Shown here: piece after piece, positions 26,098-34,221 of the stretch | How positions within the stretch are numbered: the stretch's first letter is position 1 | Layout of the letters: the number at the start of each line of letters is the position of its first letter | Source: an uncultured Gammaproteobacteria bacterium | GTDB taxonomy: Bacteria; Patescibacteriota; Patescibacteriia; UBA9934 | Length of the DNA stretch: 64,000 nt | Reading direction: 5' to 3' | NCBI GenBank assembly: GCA_964452565.1 | Contig: CAYVLY010000003.1 | Location: 22,555-86,554, forward strand | The notes under the pieces: model-generated | What the model saw: the letters and a program-made list of their open reading frames with translations, nothing else | The model's database searches: none | Told to the model about the DNA's origin: nothing | Program-made: the position numbers and the translations under genes

Positions 26098-28704
26098 ATG
26101 ACAGATAAATCACAACAACTACAACTTCCATGGCATGCGCACTCCGTAGCGGATGTGTTTTTAGCTTTTAATACATCAGCGCAGGGTCTATCTGAATCAG
26201 AAGTAAGGGACAGGATCGAAGAACATGGGCTAAACGAATTGCCGAAAAAAGTTCCACGCTCTGGATTGGCTATATTTTTTACACAATTTGCAAATCCGTT
26301 GATGATCATTTTGGTGTTAGCTGCTGTTATAAGTGCACTATTACAGGAATGGCTTGATACAAGTGTGATTCTGTTTGCAGTTTTGTTAAATGCGATTTTA
26401 GGTTTTGTGGAAGAGTATAAGGCTGATAAATCAATGGAGAAGCTCAAATCGTTTTTACCGCAGCGTGCAAGGGTACGTAGGGGTGGAGTTGAGCGCATCA
26501 TTGATTCAAAACAGATTGTGCCAGGTGATGTTGTTATTCTTGGAACTGGCGACAAGATTATGGCAGATGGGCGTATCATCCTTACACAATCACTCGAGGT
26601 AAGTGAAGCAGCTCTCACTGGAGAGTCGGCGCCTATTGTAAAGCAAAAGGAACGCATAAATGTCAACATCGGTGTAACAGATAGAAAGAACATGCTTTAT
26701 GCAGGAACCGTGCTAGTCGCAGGACGGGCTGAGATGGTTGTCACAAACACGGGTGTTGAAACACAGATTGGTAAGATTACACAACTTGTCGCTGGAGTAG
26801 AACAAACCAAGACCCCCTTGCAAGAACAGATGAGTAAGTTTGCTCGTTGGCTAGGAGGCGCTGTATTACTTATAACTCTGGTCGTATTTTTAGCAGGGAT
26901 TGTTCGTGGTTTTGAGTTTGTTGAGATGATTCGTGTTTCGGTTGCGCTGGCAGTGTCTGCTATTCCTGAGGGGTTAGTAGTCGCGCTGACTGTGATTTTG
27001 GCAATCGGCATGCAAAGGATTCTCAAGAAGCGTGCGTTGATCCGTCGATTGATCGCTGCTGAAACCTTGGGAAGCGTATCAGTTATCTGCATGGATAAAA
27101 CCGGGACACTCACAACAGGCGAGATGGCGGTTGTGGAAGCGCGTGATGCAAAAGGCCAAGTTTCAGATAAGGTCGACGCATTTATTGAACTTGCTGATGC
27201 CCTGTGGAGCACAAAGGACGTTTTCGTAGATGAAGCAGATGGCGAGAGCTTTGCAGGTTCTCCAACTGAAGTAGCGATCATTAAGGCACTGTGGGAAGAT
27301 CGTGATAAGTATGAGCTTCAAAAATGCCAGATCGTCTCAGAGATACCGTTTAATTCAAAATATAAGTATAAGGCTCGCGTCTGTTCATTTGGTGAACGCA
27401 AAGAATTTTATATTGTTGGTGCGCCTGAGATCCTTCTAGAACGACTTGATGCCACTGATCGTCAAATGCGGGATTATCGACTGTGGCTTACAGAGATGAT
27501 TCAAAAGGGCTTGCGTGTTTTGTTGATCGCAAAGCAAAAACAGTTTGGGGATGGGGACATAACACATGATCACATTAAAGACCTAACCTTTGTTGGTTTT
27601 GTTGGGCTAAGCGATCCTTTACGTTCTTCTGCGCGCGAGACCATTGAGAAAGCACAAGACGCTGGACTTTTGCCAGTGATGATCACGGGTGATCATCCAG
27701 ATACAGCTTTTCATATTGCCCGCGATGCTGGGCTTGTAACACGTGAGGATCAGATTATAACAGGGGTGCAGCTTGATGAGCTTGATGATGTCACTTTTGC
27801 TTCAGAGCTTGAGAATATTATTGTTTATGCTCGGGTCTTGCCTAGGCATAAGCTTCGCATTGTTAATGCCTGGCGCACAAAGGGCCGGTCTGTAGCGATG
27901 GTTGGGGATGGTGTGAATGACGCTCCAGCTGTTAAGGGCGCAGATATTGGAATCGCACTTGGCTCTGGAACTGAAGTAGCAAAAGAAACGGCAGATATGG
28001 TACTTCTCGACAATCACTTTGCCACTATTGTTGGGGCAATTGAGCAAGGCCGTGCCATTTTTGAAAACATACGTAAGATGGTCGTTTATCTTCTTGCAGA
28101 TTCATTTAGTGAGATTATTTTGATTTTTGGAGCTATAATCTTTGCGCTGCCATTGCCTATCCTGCCAGCTCAGATTCTTTGGATCAATCTTGTGACTGAT
28201 GGATTTCCAAGTGTTGCTTTGACATTTGAAAAAGCAGAAAAAGGAGTCATGAAAGAACCACCACGGAAGAAAGATGAACCGATTTTGAATAAAGAAATGA
28301 AAGTTCTGATTTTTGTCATCGGAATTATCACAGACCTAATGCTCTTTGCGATCTACTTCTATCTTTTGGACCAGGAGCTTGACATTGATCACATTCGAAC
28401 GTTCATCTTTATCGCGCTTGGTATTGATTCACTCTTTTATGTATTTGCAGTGCGTAAGTTTAGAACAAGTGTTTTCCGATCAAATCCATTTGAGAATAAG
28501 TGGCTAGTTGGCGGTATCTTGGTCGGCTTTTTGTTCTTATTAATACCGATGTTGGTACCGGTACTTCGTGAATGGTTCCACCTCACCCCGCTTACATTAA
28601 TTGAATGGTTGGTTCTAATCGCCATTGCTGTCTTCCAGCTTTTGTTAATCGAAATTGTCAAGATGGGATTCCATAGAAAGCCAAGGCTAGAAAAGGCCAT
28701 GTAA
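26098..28704 (+). CDS. P-type ATPase, type IIA (Ca2+-transporting, SERCA/PMCA-like)
   Basis: DKTGTLT phosphorylation motif, AIPEGL, MITGDH and GDGVNDAPA. Length 868 aa. Confidence 0.9.
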   Translation: MTDKSQQLQLPWHAHSVADVFLAFNTSAQGLSESEVRDRIEEHGLNELPKKVPRSGLAIFFTQFANPLMIILVLAAVISALLQEWLDTSVILFAVLLNAILGFVEEYKADKSMEKLKSFLPQRARVRRGGVERIIDSKQIVPGDVVILGTGDKIMADGRIILTQSLEVSEAALTGESAPIVKQKERINVNIGVTDRKNMLYAGTVLVAGRAEMVVTNTGVETQIGKITQLVAGVEQTKTPLQEQMSKFARWLGGAVLLITLVVFLAGIVRGFEFVEMIRVSVALAVSAIPEGLVVALTVILAIGMQRILKKRALIRRLIAAETLGSVSVICMDKTGTLTTGEMAVVEARDAKGQVSDKVDAFIELADALWSTKDVFVDEADGESFAGSPTEVAIIKALWEDRDKYELQKCQIVSEIPFNSKYKYKARVCSFGERKEFYIVGAPEILLERLDATDRQMRDYRLWLTEMIQKGLRVLLIAKQKQFGDGDITHDHIKDLTFVGFVGLSDPLRSSARETIEKAQDAGLLPVMITGDHPDTAFHIARDAGLVTREDQIITGVQLDELDDVTFASELENIIVYARVLPRHKLRIVNAWRTKGRSVAMVGDGVNDAPAVKGADIGIALGSGTEVAKETADMVLLDNHFATIVGAIEQGRAIFENIRKMVVYLLADSFSEIILIFGAIIFALPLPILPAQILWINLVTDGFPSVALTFEKAEKGVMKEPPRKKDEPILNKEMKVLIFVIGIITDLMLFAIYFYLLDQELDIDHIRTFIFIALGIDSLFYVFAVRKFRTSVFRSNPFENKWLVGGILVGFLFLLIPMLVPVLREWFHLTPLTLIEWLVLIAIAVFQLLLIEIVKMGFHRKPRLEKAM

Positions 28705-28714
28705 ATGTTTTTCA

Positions 28715-29453
28715 CCCAAGGTTCAACCTTGAGCAAGAAACCTTTATTTAATGGGGTTGAGCTGATGTGGTAGCCCATACCTTATCCAGTCAAGTAAAAA
28801 TTTGGAGTAGTTATCAAGTGAATTGAATTCATACTTCAAAATATGCTCAGCATTATTTATAGTCGAGAAAATTTTTCGTACATTCGACCATTTATAGTTG
28901 ATGATAAAATTAATAGCGCTGCATATCTTTTTTGTTCCGGATTTCCATTTTGGATTGATAAATTTTAGTGGATTTAGATGGATATAGCGGAATATATGAA
29001 ATAGATACGTATCACTTGTGATGTGTTTTGATTTATACCTAGATTCGAATAGAGCTCCGGATCTTTCATATTTTTTATTGAAGTACATGGTGTATGCGGT
29101 GCCAACCCTCTGCATATACTTCGGAAGCCCATCTTCTGATAGCTGTTCAATGAGTAGGTGGTAGTGATTATCCATTAAACAATAAGCAAGAATTTTAACA
29201 TAGTCATTCCAATCTTTGCTTACTAGGTCTTTAATACAGCCCAGGAACTTCACTCGATCGCGGTCATCAATAAAGATTATTCGCTTATCAACACCACGAT
29301 TATATACATGGAAGTAGCCGAAGTGTTCATTTGATTTTTTCATAAATAAAATTTCCCCACATTAATATTAGATGGGGAGTACATATCTATCACATCATTT
29401 TATTATAAGAAGGTCAATATAGCTTGTTAATACATTCAAGGTTGAACCTTGGG
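28715..29453 (-). mobile_element. REP-associated tyrosine transposase (RAYT) unit bounded by perfect 18-bp inverted repeats CCCAAGGTTCAACCTTGA
   Basis: The inverted repeats at 28715-28732 and 29436-29453 (reverse complement) flank a single HUH/Y1 transposase gene. A partial solo copy sits at 3065-3078. Confidence 0.7.
28744..29343 (-). CDS. IS200/IS605-like Y1 (HUH) transposase of the RAYT type
   Basis: HUH motif DNHYHLLIE and a downstream catalytic Tyr (ESRYKS). Its 199 aa is longer than the IS200 TnpA proteins. Confidence 0.75.
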   Translation of the reverse strand: MKKSNEHFGYFHVYNRGVDKRIIFIDDRDRVKFLGCIKDLVSKDWNDYVKILAYCLMDNHYHLLIEQLSEDGLPKYMQRVGTAYTMYFNKKYERSGALFESRYKSKHITSDTYLFHIFRYIHLNPLKFINPKWKSGTKKICSAINFIINYKWSNVRKIFSTINNAEHILKYEFNSLDNYSKFLLDWIRYGLPHQLNPIK

Positions 29454-29503
29454 GCTTTTATATATCTACTGCCTACTGCATTCTTTTGCTATAATAGAAT
29501 CAT

Positions 29504-30961
29504 ATGGATTTACGAAAAATCGAGAATTTTCAAGATGCTGTAGTGACCGTAATGGGGCTAGGTCGATATAAGCAAGGAAGTGGTCTTGGAGCTGCAAAAT
29601 GGCTTATACGCCATGGCGCTCAGACTATCATCACAGACCTCAAAGATGAGACTGAACTTGAAGAGTCCATGGAACTTGTGATGGAGTGGTATCACAAGTA
29701 TCGTGAGATGTATCCGGATCGAACCATTTACTCACCATTATTTGTTCTTGGTGAGCATCGTAAAGAAGATTTCACTGAGGTGGACTGTGTTGTTCAAAAC
29801 CCAGGAGTACCAAGTGAGTCTGAGTTTATTGTTGCTGCAAAACAAGCAGGTGTATCAATCGAATCAGATGTGAGTCTTTTCTTCCGCTTCTCACCATATC
29901 CAATCGTTGCAGTCACAGGGACCAAGGGAAAGACCACAACAACTAAGATGATTGGTACAATGTTTGAGAACCAGGATGACCGAACAATTGTTGCAGGAAA
30001 TATCAAAGTATCGCCGCTTGAGTATCTCGATGAGCTCTTAGTGCGCGGGGAGGAAACACTGATCGTGCTTGAATTATCATCATGGATGCTTGAGAGCTTG
30101 CCAGGTGCATTTGAAGACATTGGTAAGGGACCAGATTTTGCAGTGCTAACCAATGTGTACCCAGATCACTTAAATCGATACAACTCATACGAAGATTACA
30201 TTCATTCAAAGGAGATTATCTTTTTGTCACAGGATCCAGACCAGTACACGATATTAAACTATGATCATGAGACTGTGCGTGGAATGGAATCAAAAGTTCG
30301 CGGACAGCTTTATTGGTGTTCCAGAAAATACATGGACCATAATGGATGTTTTATAAAGGACGGCATGATCGTATTCCGTAAAGAGGGTCAAGAAGAGGAG
30401 ATAGTCCCTGTTGATGAGGTGGGTCTCAAGGGCGAGCATAATATGGAAAATATCCTGACCTCAATTTGTGCTGCTCGACTTCGAGGAGTTGCATCTGATG
30501 TTGTTAAAAAGATCACAAAAGAGTTTCAGGGGGTATCAGATCGACAAGAGCTCGTACGTGAGGTTGATGAGATTACTTATATCAATGATACAACTGCGAC
30601 GCAGCCTGATGCTGTTATTGCTGCGCTAAAGCGATTTGGTGCAGATGCTGATGTGATTCTTATTGCTGGCGGAATGGATAAGGGTGTTGAGTATGATGCG
30701 CTTGCGGATCAGATTGCAGAAACCTGCAAGCACTTGGTGTTGTTTGATGGTGATGCATCGCAGATGATTTCAGAGAAAGTTGGAGATCGTGTGAAAAAGA
30801 CAGAAAAGATTTTGTCCATGAAAGATGCAGTGCAGCATGCAAAGTCTTTAGCTGCTTCAGGTGACATAGTCCTACTCTCGCCAGCGGCCGCAAGCTTTAA
30901 CATGTTTAAGAATGAGTTTGATCGTGGGGAGCAATTCCGTGAAGAGGTGCGAAATTTGTAA
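29504..30961 (+). CDS. murD: UDP-N-acetylmuramoylalanine--D-glutamate ligase
   Basis: N-terminal VTVMGLGRYKQGSG Rossmann-like motif and the AVTGTKGKTTTT P-loop. Length 485 aa. Confidence 0.85.
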   Translation: MDLRKIENFQDAVVTVMGLGRYKQGSGLGAAKWLIRHGAQTIITDLKDETELEESMELVMEWYHKYREMYPDRTIYSPLFVLGEHRKEDFTEVDCVVQNPGVPSESEFIVAAKQAGVSIESDVSLFFRFSPYPIVAVTGTKGKTTTTKMIGTMFENQDDRTIVAGNIKVSPLEYLDELLVRGEETLIVLELSSWMLESLPGAFEDIGKGPDFAVLTNVYPDHLNRYNSYEDYIHSKEIIFLSQDPDQYTILNYDHETVRGMESKVRGQLYWCSRKYMDHNGCFIKDGMIVFRKEGQEEEIVPVDEVGLKGEHNMENILTSICAARLRGVASDVVKKITKEFQGVSDRQELVREVDEITYINDTTATQPDAVIAALKRFGADADVILIAGGMDKGVEYDALADQIAETCKHLVLFDGDASQMISEKVGDRVKKTEKILSMKDAVQHAKSLAASGDIVLLSPAAASFNMFKNEFDRGEQFREEVRNL

Positions 30962-31020
30962 AAGAACCCAGAACCCAGCCAAAGGCCCCGAGCAGGGTCG
31001 AGGGGAACACAGAACTCAGA
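30962..31020 (+). repeat. CAGAAC-repeat GC-rich element (family E, copy 3) between murD and murE
   Basis: gaacccagaacccag…ggaacacagaactcag with the central ccccgagcagggtcgagggg. It ends 5 nt before the murE ATG. Confidence 0.4.
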
Positions 31021-31025
31021 TCAAT

Positions 31026-32336
31026 ATGATTCGTTTGTTACGCAAAATCATTCCGCAACCGATTTTGAATATCTACCACTTGGCGCTTGCAAGGTTGGCG
31101 GTTTTTCTCTACGCAGATCCTTCAAAAGAAATGATTGTAATTGGAGTCACCGGAACCAATGGAAAGTCATCTACTATACAGATGATTGCGCAGATGCTTG
31201 AGTCACAGGGTGCCATTGTGGGATATACAACAACAGCGCGGTTTTCAATAGCTGGGCATGATGTTATCAACGATATGAAAATGACCATGCCGGGTCGTTT
31301 TTATTTACAAAAGACTTTGAAACGCATGGTTCGAGCTGGTTGTGAGTATGCGATTATTGAAACAAGCTCTCAAGGGATTGAGCAGTTCCGCCACATAGGT
31401 ATTAATTACGATCTTGTCACATATACTAACTTAACACCTGAGCACATTGAGGCACATGGAGGTTTTGAAAATTATAAGGCCGCAAAGGGAAAGCTGTTCG
31501 CGCATCTAATGGATCGCACACATAAGACAATCAAAGACCAGGAGATAGAAAAGATTTCAGTTATTAATGCAGATGATGATCATGCTCCGTTCTTTTCATC
31601 CTTTGATGCAGATAGACATATAACTTTTTCAGTATCAGGCACACCAAATAAAGATCATCTGGTTGTAAAACCTGGAAGGATTAGTGCAGGGGGATTGAAA
31701 ATCAATGTGAATAATGTCGAAATGATAATTCCATATATTGCGACTTTTCAGCAAAAAAATGCAATTAGTGCACTAGCTGTTTTGCATGCACTAGGATTTA
31801 GTGAAGGAGAGATTAAGAAAGCACTTAAACACCTTGAGCCAATCGCGGGTCGTTTCGAGAGGGTAGACGAGGGTCAAGATTTTTCTGTGATTGTCGATTA
31901 TGCCTATGAACCGTTTGCTTTGCATGCATTGCTAGATGCTATAAAGGTGTTAAAGCCAAAAAGAATTATTGGGATACATGGGTCAGCTGGTGGTGGGCGA
32001 GACAAGGCTCGCAGACAAAAGATTGGAGAGCTTGCTGCAGAGCATGAAGATATTGTAATAGTTACGAATGAGGATCCATATGATGAAGATCCGCGTCAGA
32101 TTATTGAGCAAGTTGCAAAAGGTGCGAAAAAAGCTGGAAAGCAAGAGGGCGTTAATCTATTTTTAATTGATGATCGAGACAATGCGATTAGTAAAGCTAT
32201 TCATTTGGCTAAAAAAGGTGATGTTGTGATAATCACAGGAAAAGGTTCTGAAACTGTTATGGCAGTTGAAAAAGGCAAGAAAGTTCCGATGGATGACAGG
32301 GAAAGCGCTCGACGAGCATTAAGAGAGGTTCTATGA
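31026..32336 (+). CDS. murE: Mur ligase, most similar to UDP-MurNAc-tripeptide synthetase (MurE-like, short N-terminus)
   Basis: GVTGTNGKSST P-loop, IETSSQGIEQ (MurE-like EVSSHGL), and TNLTPEHIEAHGGFENYKAAKGKLF. The ORF-track start (30912) overlaps murD; the Met at 31026 follows repeat E3. Confidence 0.65.
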   Translation: MIRLLRKIIPQPILNIYHLALARLAVFLYADPSKEMIVIGVTGTNGKSSTIQMIAQMLESQGAIVGYTTTARFSIAGHDVINDMKMTMPGRFYLQKTLKRMVRAGCEYAIIETSSQGIEQFRHIGINYDLVTYTNLTPEHIEAHGGFENYKAAKGKLFAHLMDRTHKTIKDQEIEKISVINADDDHAPFFSSFDADRHITFSVSGTPNKDHLVVKPGRISAGGLKINVNNVEMIIPYIATFQQKNAISALAVLHALGFSEGEIKKALKHLEPIAGRFERVDEGQDFSVIVDYAYEPFALHALLDAIKVLKPKRIIGIHGSAGGGRDKARRQKIGELAAEHEDIVIVTNEDPYDEDPRQIIEQVAKGAKKAGKQEGVNLFLIDDRDNAISKAIHLAKKGDVVIITGKGSETVMAVEKGKKVPMDDRESARRALREVL

Positions 32337-32896
32337 GCGTGTCTACGGTTGAACTTCAACCTGAAGAGCAGGTTCTTGCAGTTGTGCGAAGAAGCGTATG
32401 TAGAGAGCTTCCTCGATTTTTCTTTGCTGCGATTTTTATACTGATTCCTTTCTTTTTCTTTTTCCCTCTAATGCGACTTGGTGGATTTGGCTTTGTTCTG
32501 TTTATAGTTATTCTAGGACTTGCGCTTTTGTACTCCTCAAGATTATGGGTAATGTGGTTTTACAGTGTTTTGATTATCACAGATGAGCGCATTATTGATT
32601 CTGAGCAACAAGGTTTGTTTAAGCGCGAAATTTCAGAACTTGATATTCAAGATATAGATGAGGTTGAGTGTGATAAAAAGGGAGCCATGCAAAAGATGTG
32701 TAGGCTTTCCACAGTCTATATTCGCACCAAGAAGGACCGCACATTTGACATAAAGGTTTCAGATCTAAAGCATTCGGAAAGGTTTGAGTCACTTCTTGAG
32801 GCAGTACAGGATATTCACGCAGAGGCTTCTCTTGGATCAAGGCGCAAGGTAGTATTAAAAAAGAAACATGGCACGAAAAAAGTCAACAAAAAATAA
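32333..32896 (+). CDS. Membrane protein with a bacterial PH-like (bPH_2/YdbT-like) domain
   Basis: Two TM helices then a PH-like soluble domain. The start overlaps the murE stop (ATGA). Confidence 0.5.
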   Translation: MSVSTVELQPEEQVLAVVRRSVCRELPRFFFAAIFILIPFFFFFPLMRLGGFGFVLFIVILGLALLYSSRLWVMWFYSVLIITDERIIDSEQQGLFKREISELDIQDIDEVECDKKGAMQKMCRLSTVYIRTKKDRTFDIKVSDLKHSERFESLLEAVQDIHAEASLGSRRKVVLKKKHGTKKVNKK

Positions 32897-33272
32897 GTGG
32901 TTTATTGCGATCTTGGCAGTATTGCTTGTGGTTTTTTTGATTGCTTTTGGACGTGAGTATGTGGGGAACATACAAGTCCAGCATTACATCGAGGATCTGC
33001 AGGAACAAAAGCTTGAACAAGAATCTGAGCAGCTGGAGACAATGGCATTGATTCAGGAGCTTTCAAGTGAGTATTTCTTAGAGTCAGAGGGGCGCATTAA
33101 GCAGGGCTTGGGACAGGAGGGTGAGACCGTAATTGTTATTCAGGACGATGAAAATGGTGACGGTCAAGACCAGGATGGAGTTGATGATGGAATGACAAAT
33201 GTTGCGCGTTGGTTTTATTACTTTTTCGCGTCCAATACTTTTAATGAACTAAAAGGTTATGAGGATAGCTAA
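32868..33272 (+). CDS. Septum-formation initiator-like protein (FtsB/DivIC-like): TM plus coiled coil
   Basis: N-terminal TM (WFIAILAVLLVVFLIAF), a coiled-coil region, and EYFLESEGRIKQGLGQEGETVIV, which resembles the FtsB/DivIC C-terminal motif. Confidence 0.45.
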   Translation: MARKKSTKNKWFIAILAVLLVVFLIAFGREYVGNIQVQHYIEDLQEQKLEQESEQLETMALIQELSSEYFLESEGRIKQGLGQEGETVIVIQDDENGDGQDQDGVDDGMTNVARWFYYFFASNTFNELKGYEDS

Positions 33273-34113
33273 AGAGGACAAGGAAGTTCAGGAGGTTCAG
33301 ACACGATTCTCGTTTCTGAATTTTTTGATACTAGTGATTGTATTGTTGATCATTGGCAGCGTATTCTTTGTTTATAATCAGATTTATAGTCAGCACACAA
33401 ACACTGAATTCACTCGGTCAATCGCGAATGTGCTGCCATTGCCAGCTGGGTCAGTGAATGGAGATCTGTTTTGGTATGAGGAGGTATTCGCTTTTGATAG
33501 TTTGGCGCAGATTGAAGAGCCAGATGAGGATCATTTTGGTTCTGCGATTGATGCGATTGTACGGCAAAAAATTATAGGGCAGATTGCAGGTGAGTTAGGT
33601 GTCTCAATTGATTCGATTGAAACAGGTGAAGATCAGTGGAGTCAGTATAGTTGGACCCAAGAGCAATATGAAGATTATGTGCTTGAGCCATTAGCGCTGT
33701 CTACAGCTGTAGATGAGGCGATTTATGACTCTGATAAGCATCAACAAAGTGTCATTGATGAGCTAGGACATGTTCTGTCTTTGTATGAATCAGGTGTTAG
33801 CTTTGAAGACCTTGCGATCCAATACTCTGAGACTGCTGCTGGTCAGTTTGGTGGTGATGTAGGGTATGTGTGTGTAGATGAGCTTGATGATGGGCTGGAA
33901 GGTGGGTGGGTCAATGAGATTGATATAATCTCCGATATTATCGAACTTGAAGATCGATTTGTGGTAGCAATGACCTATGATCAAATCGAATCTGAAGATG
34001 AGGAGGCTTGCACTCAGATTGGCCTGCAAATGATTGTACTCTATAAAAACACACTGGCTGATGTACTCATCGAATACAAAGAAGCAGCAGTAGTTAAGAT
34101 TTATGGTCAATAA
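33259..34113 (+). CDS. Membrane-anchored parvulin-like peptidyl-prolyl isomerase (PpiC-type)
   Basis: N-terminal TM. The parvulin-like segment has GHVLSL…FEDLAIQYSE…FGGDVGYV. Confidence 0.45.
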   Translation: MRIAKEDKEVQEVQTRFSFLNFLILVIVLLIIGSVFFVYNQIYSQHTNTEFTRSIANVLPLPAGSVNGDLFWYEEVFAFDSLAQIEEPDEDHFGSAIDAIVRQKIIGQIAGELGVSIDSIETGEDQWSQYSWTQEQYEDYVLEPLALSTAVDEAIYDSDKHQQSVIDELGHVLSLYESGVSFEDLAIQYSETAAGQFGGDVGYVCVDELDDGLEGGWVNEIDIISDIIELEDRFVVAMTYDQIESEDEEACTQIGLQMIVLYKNTLADVLIEYKEAAVVKIYGQ

Positions 34114-34137
34114 TTTGGGTAAGAAAAAGAATTAAAA

Positions 34138-34161
34138 TCCCCGTTCTGGCGGGGGGTTTTT
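34138..34161 (+). terminator. Terminator ccccg-ttctggc-gggggg plus T5
   Basis: Hairpin and T-run after the parvulin-like gene. It argues against the ORF-track start at 34162 for the giant gene. Confidence 0.5.
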
Positions 34162-34221
34162 ATGTCCACAGATTTGTTTGTTCGAACCGCCATAATTGAT
34201 ACAATATACGCACAAATATAC

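Noticed and set aside
34162-34221. ORF-track start of the giant protein at 34162
   Set aside because: It lies immediately after the upstream terminator T-run with no RBS. The Met at 34222 begins the signal-anchor segment.
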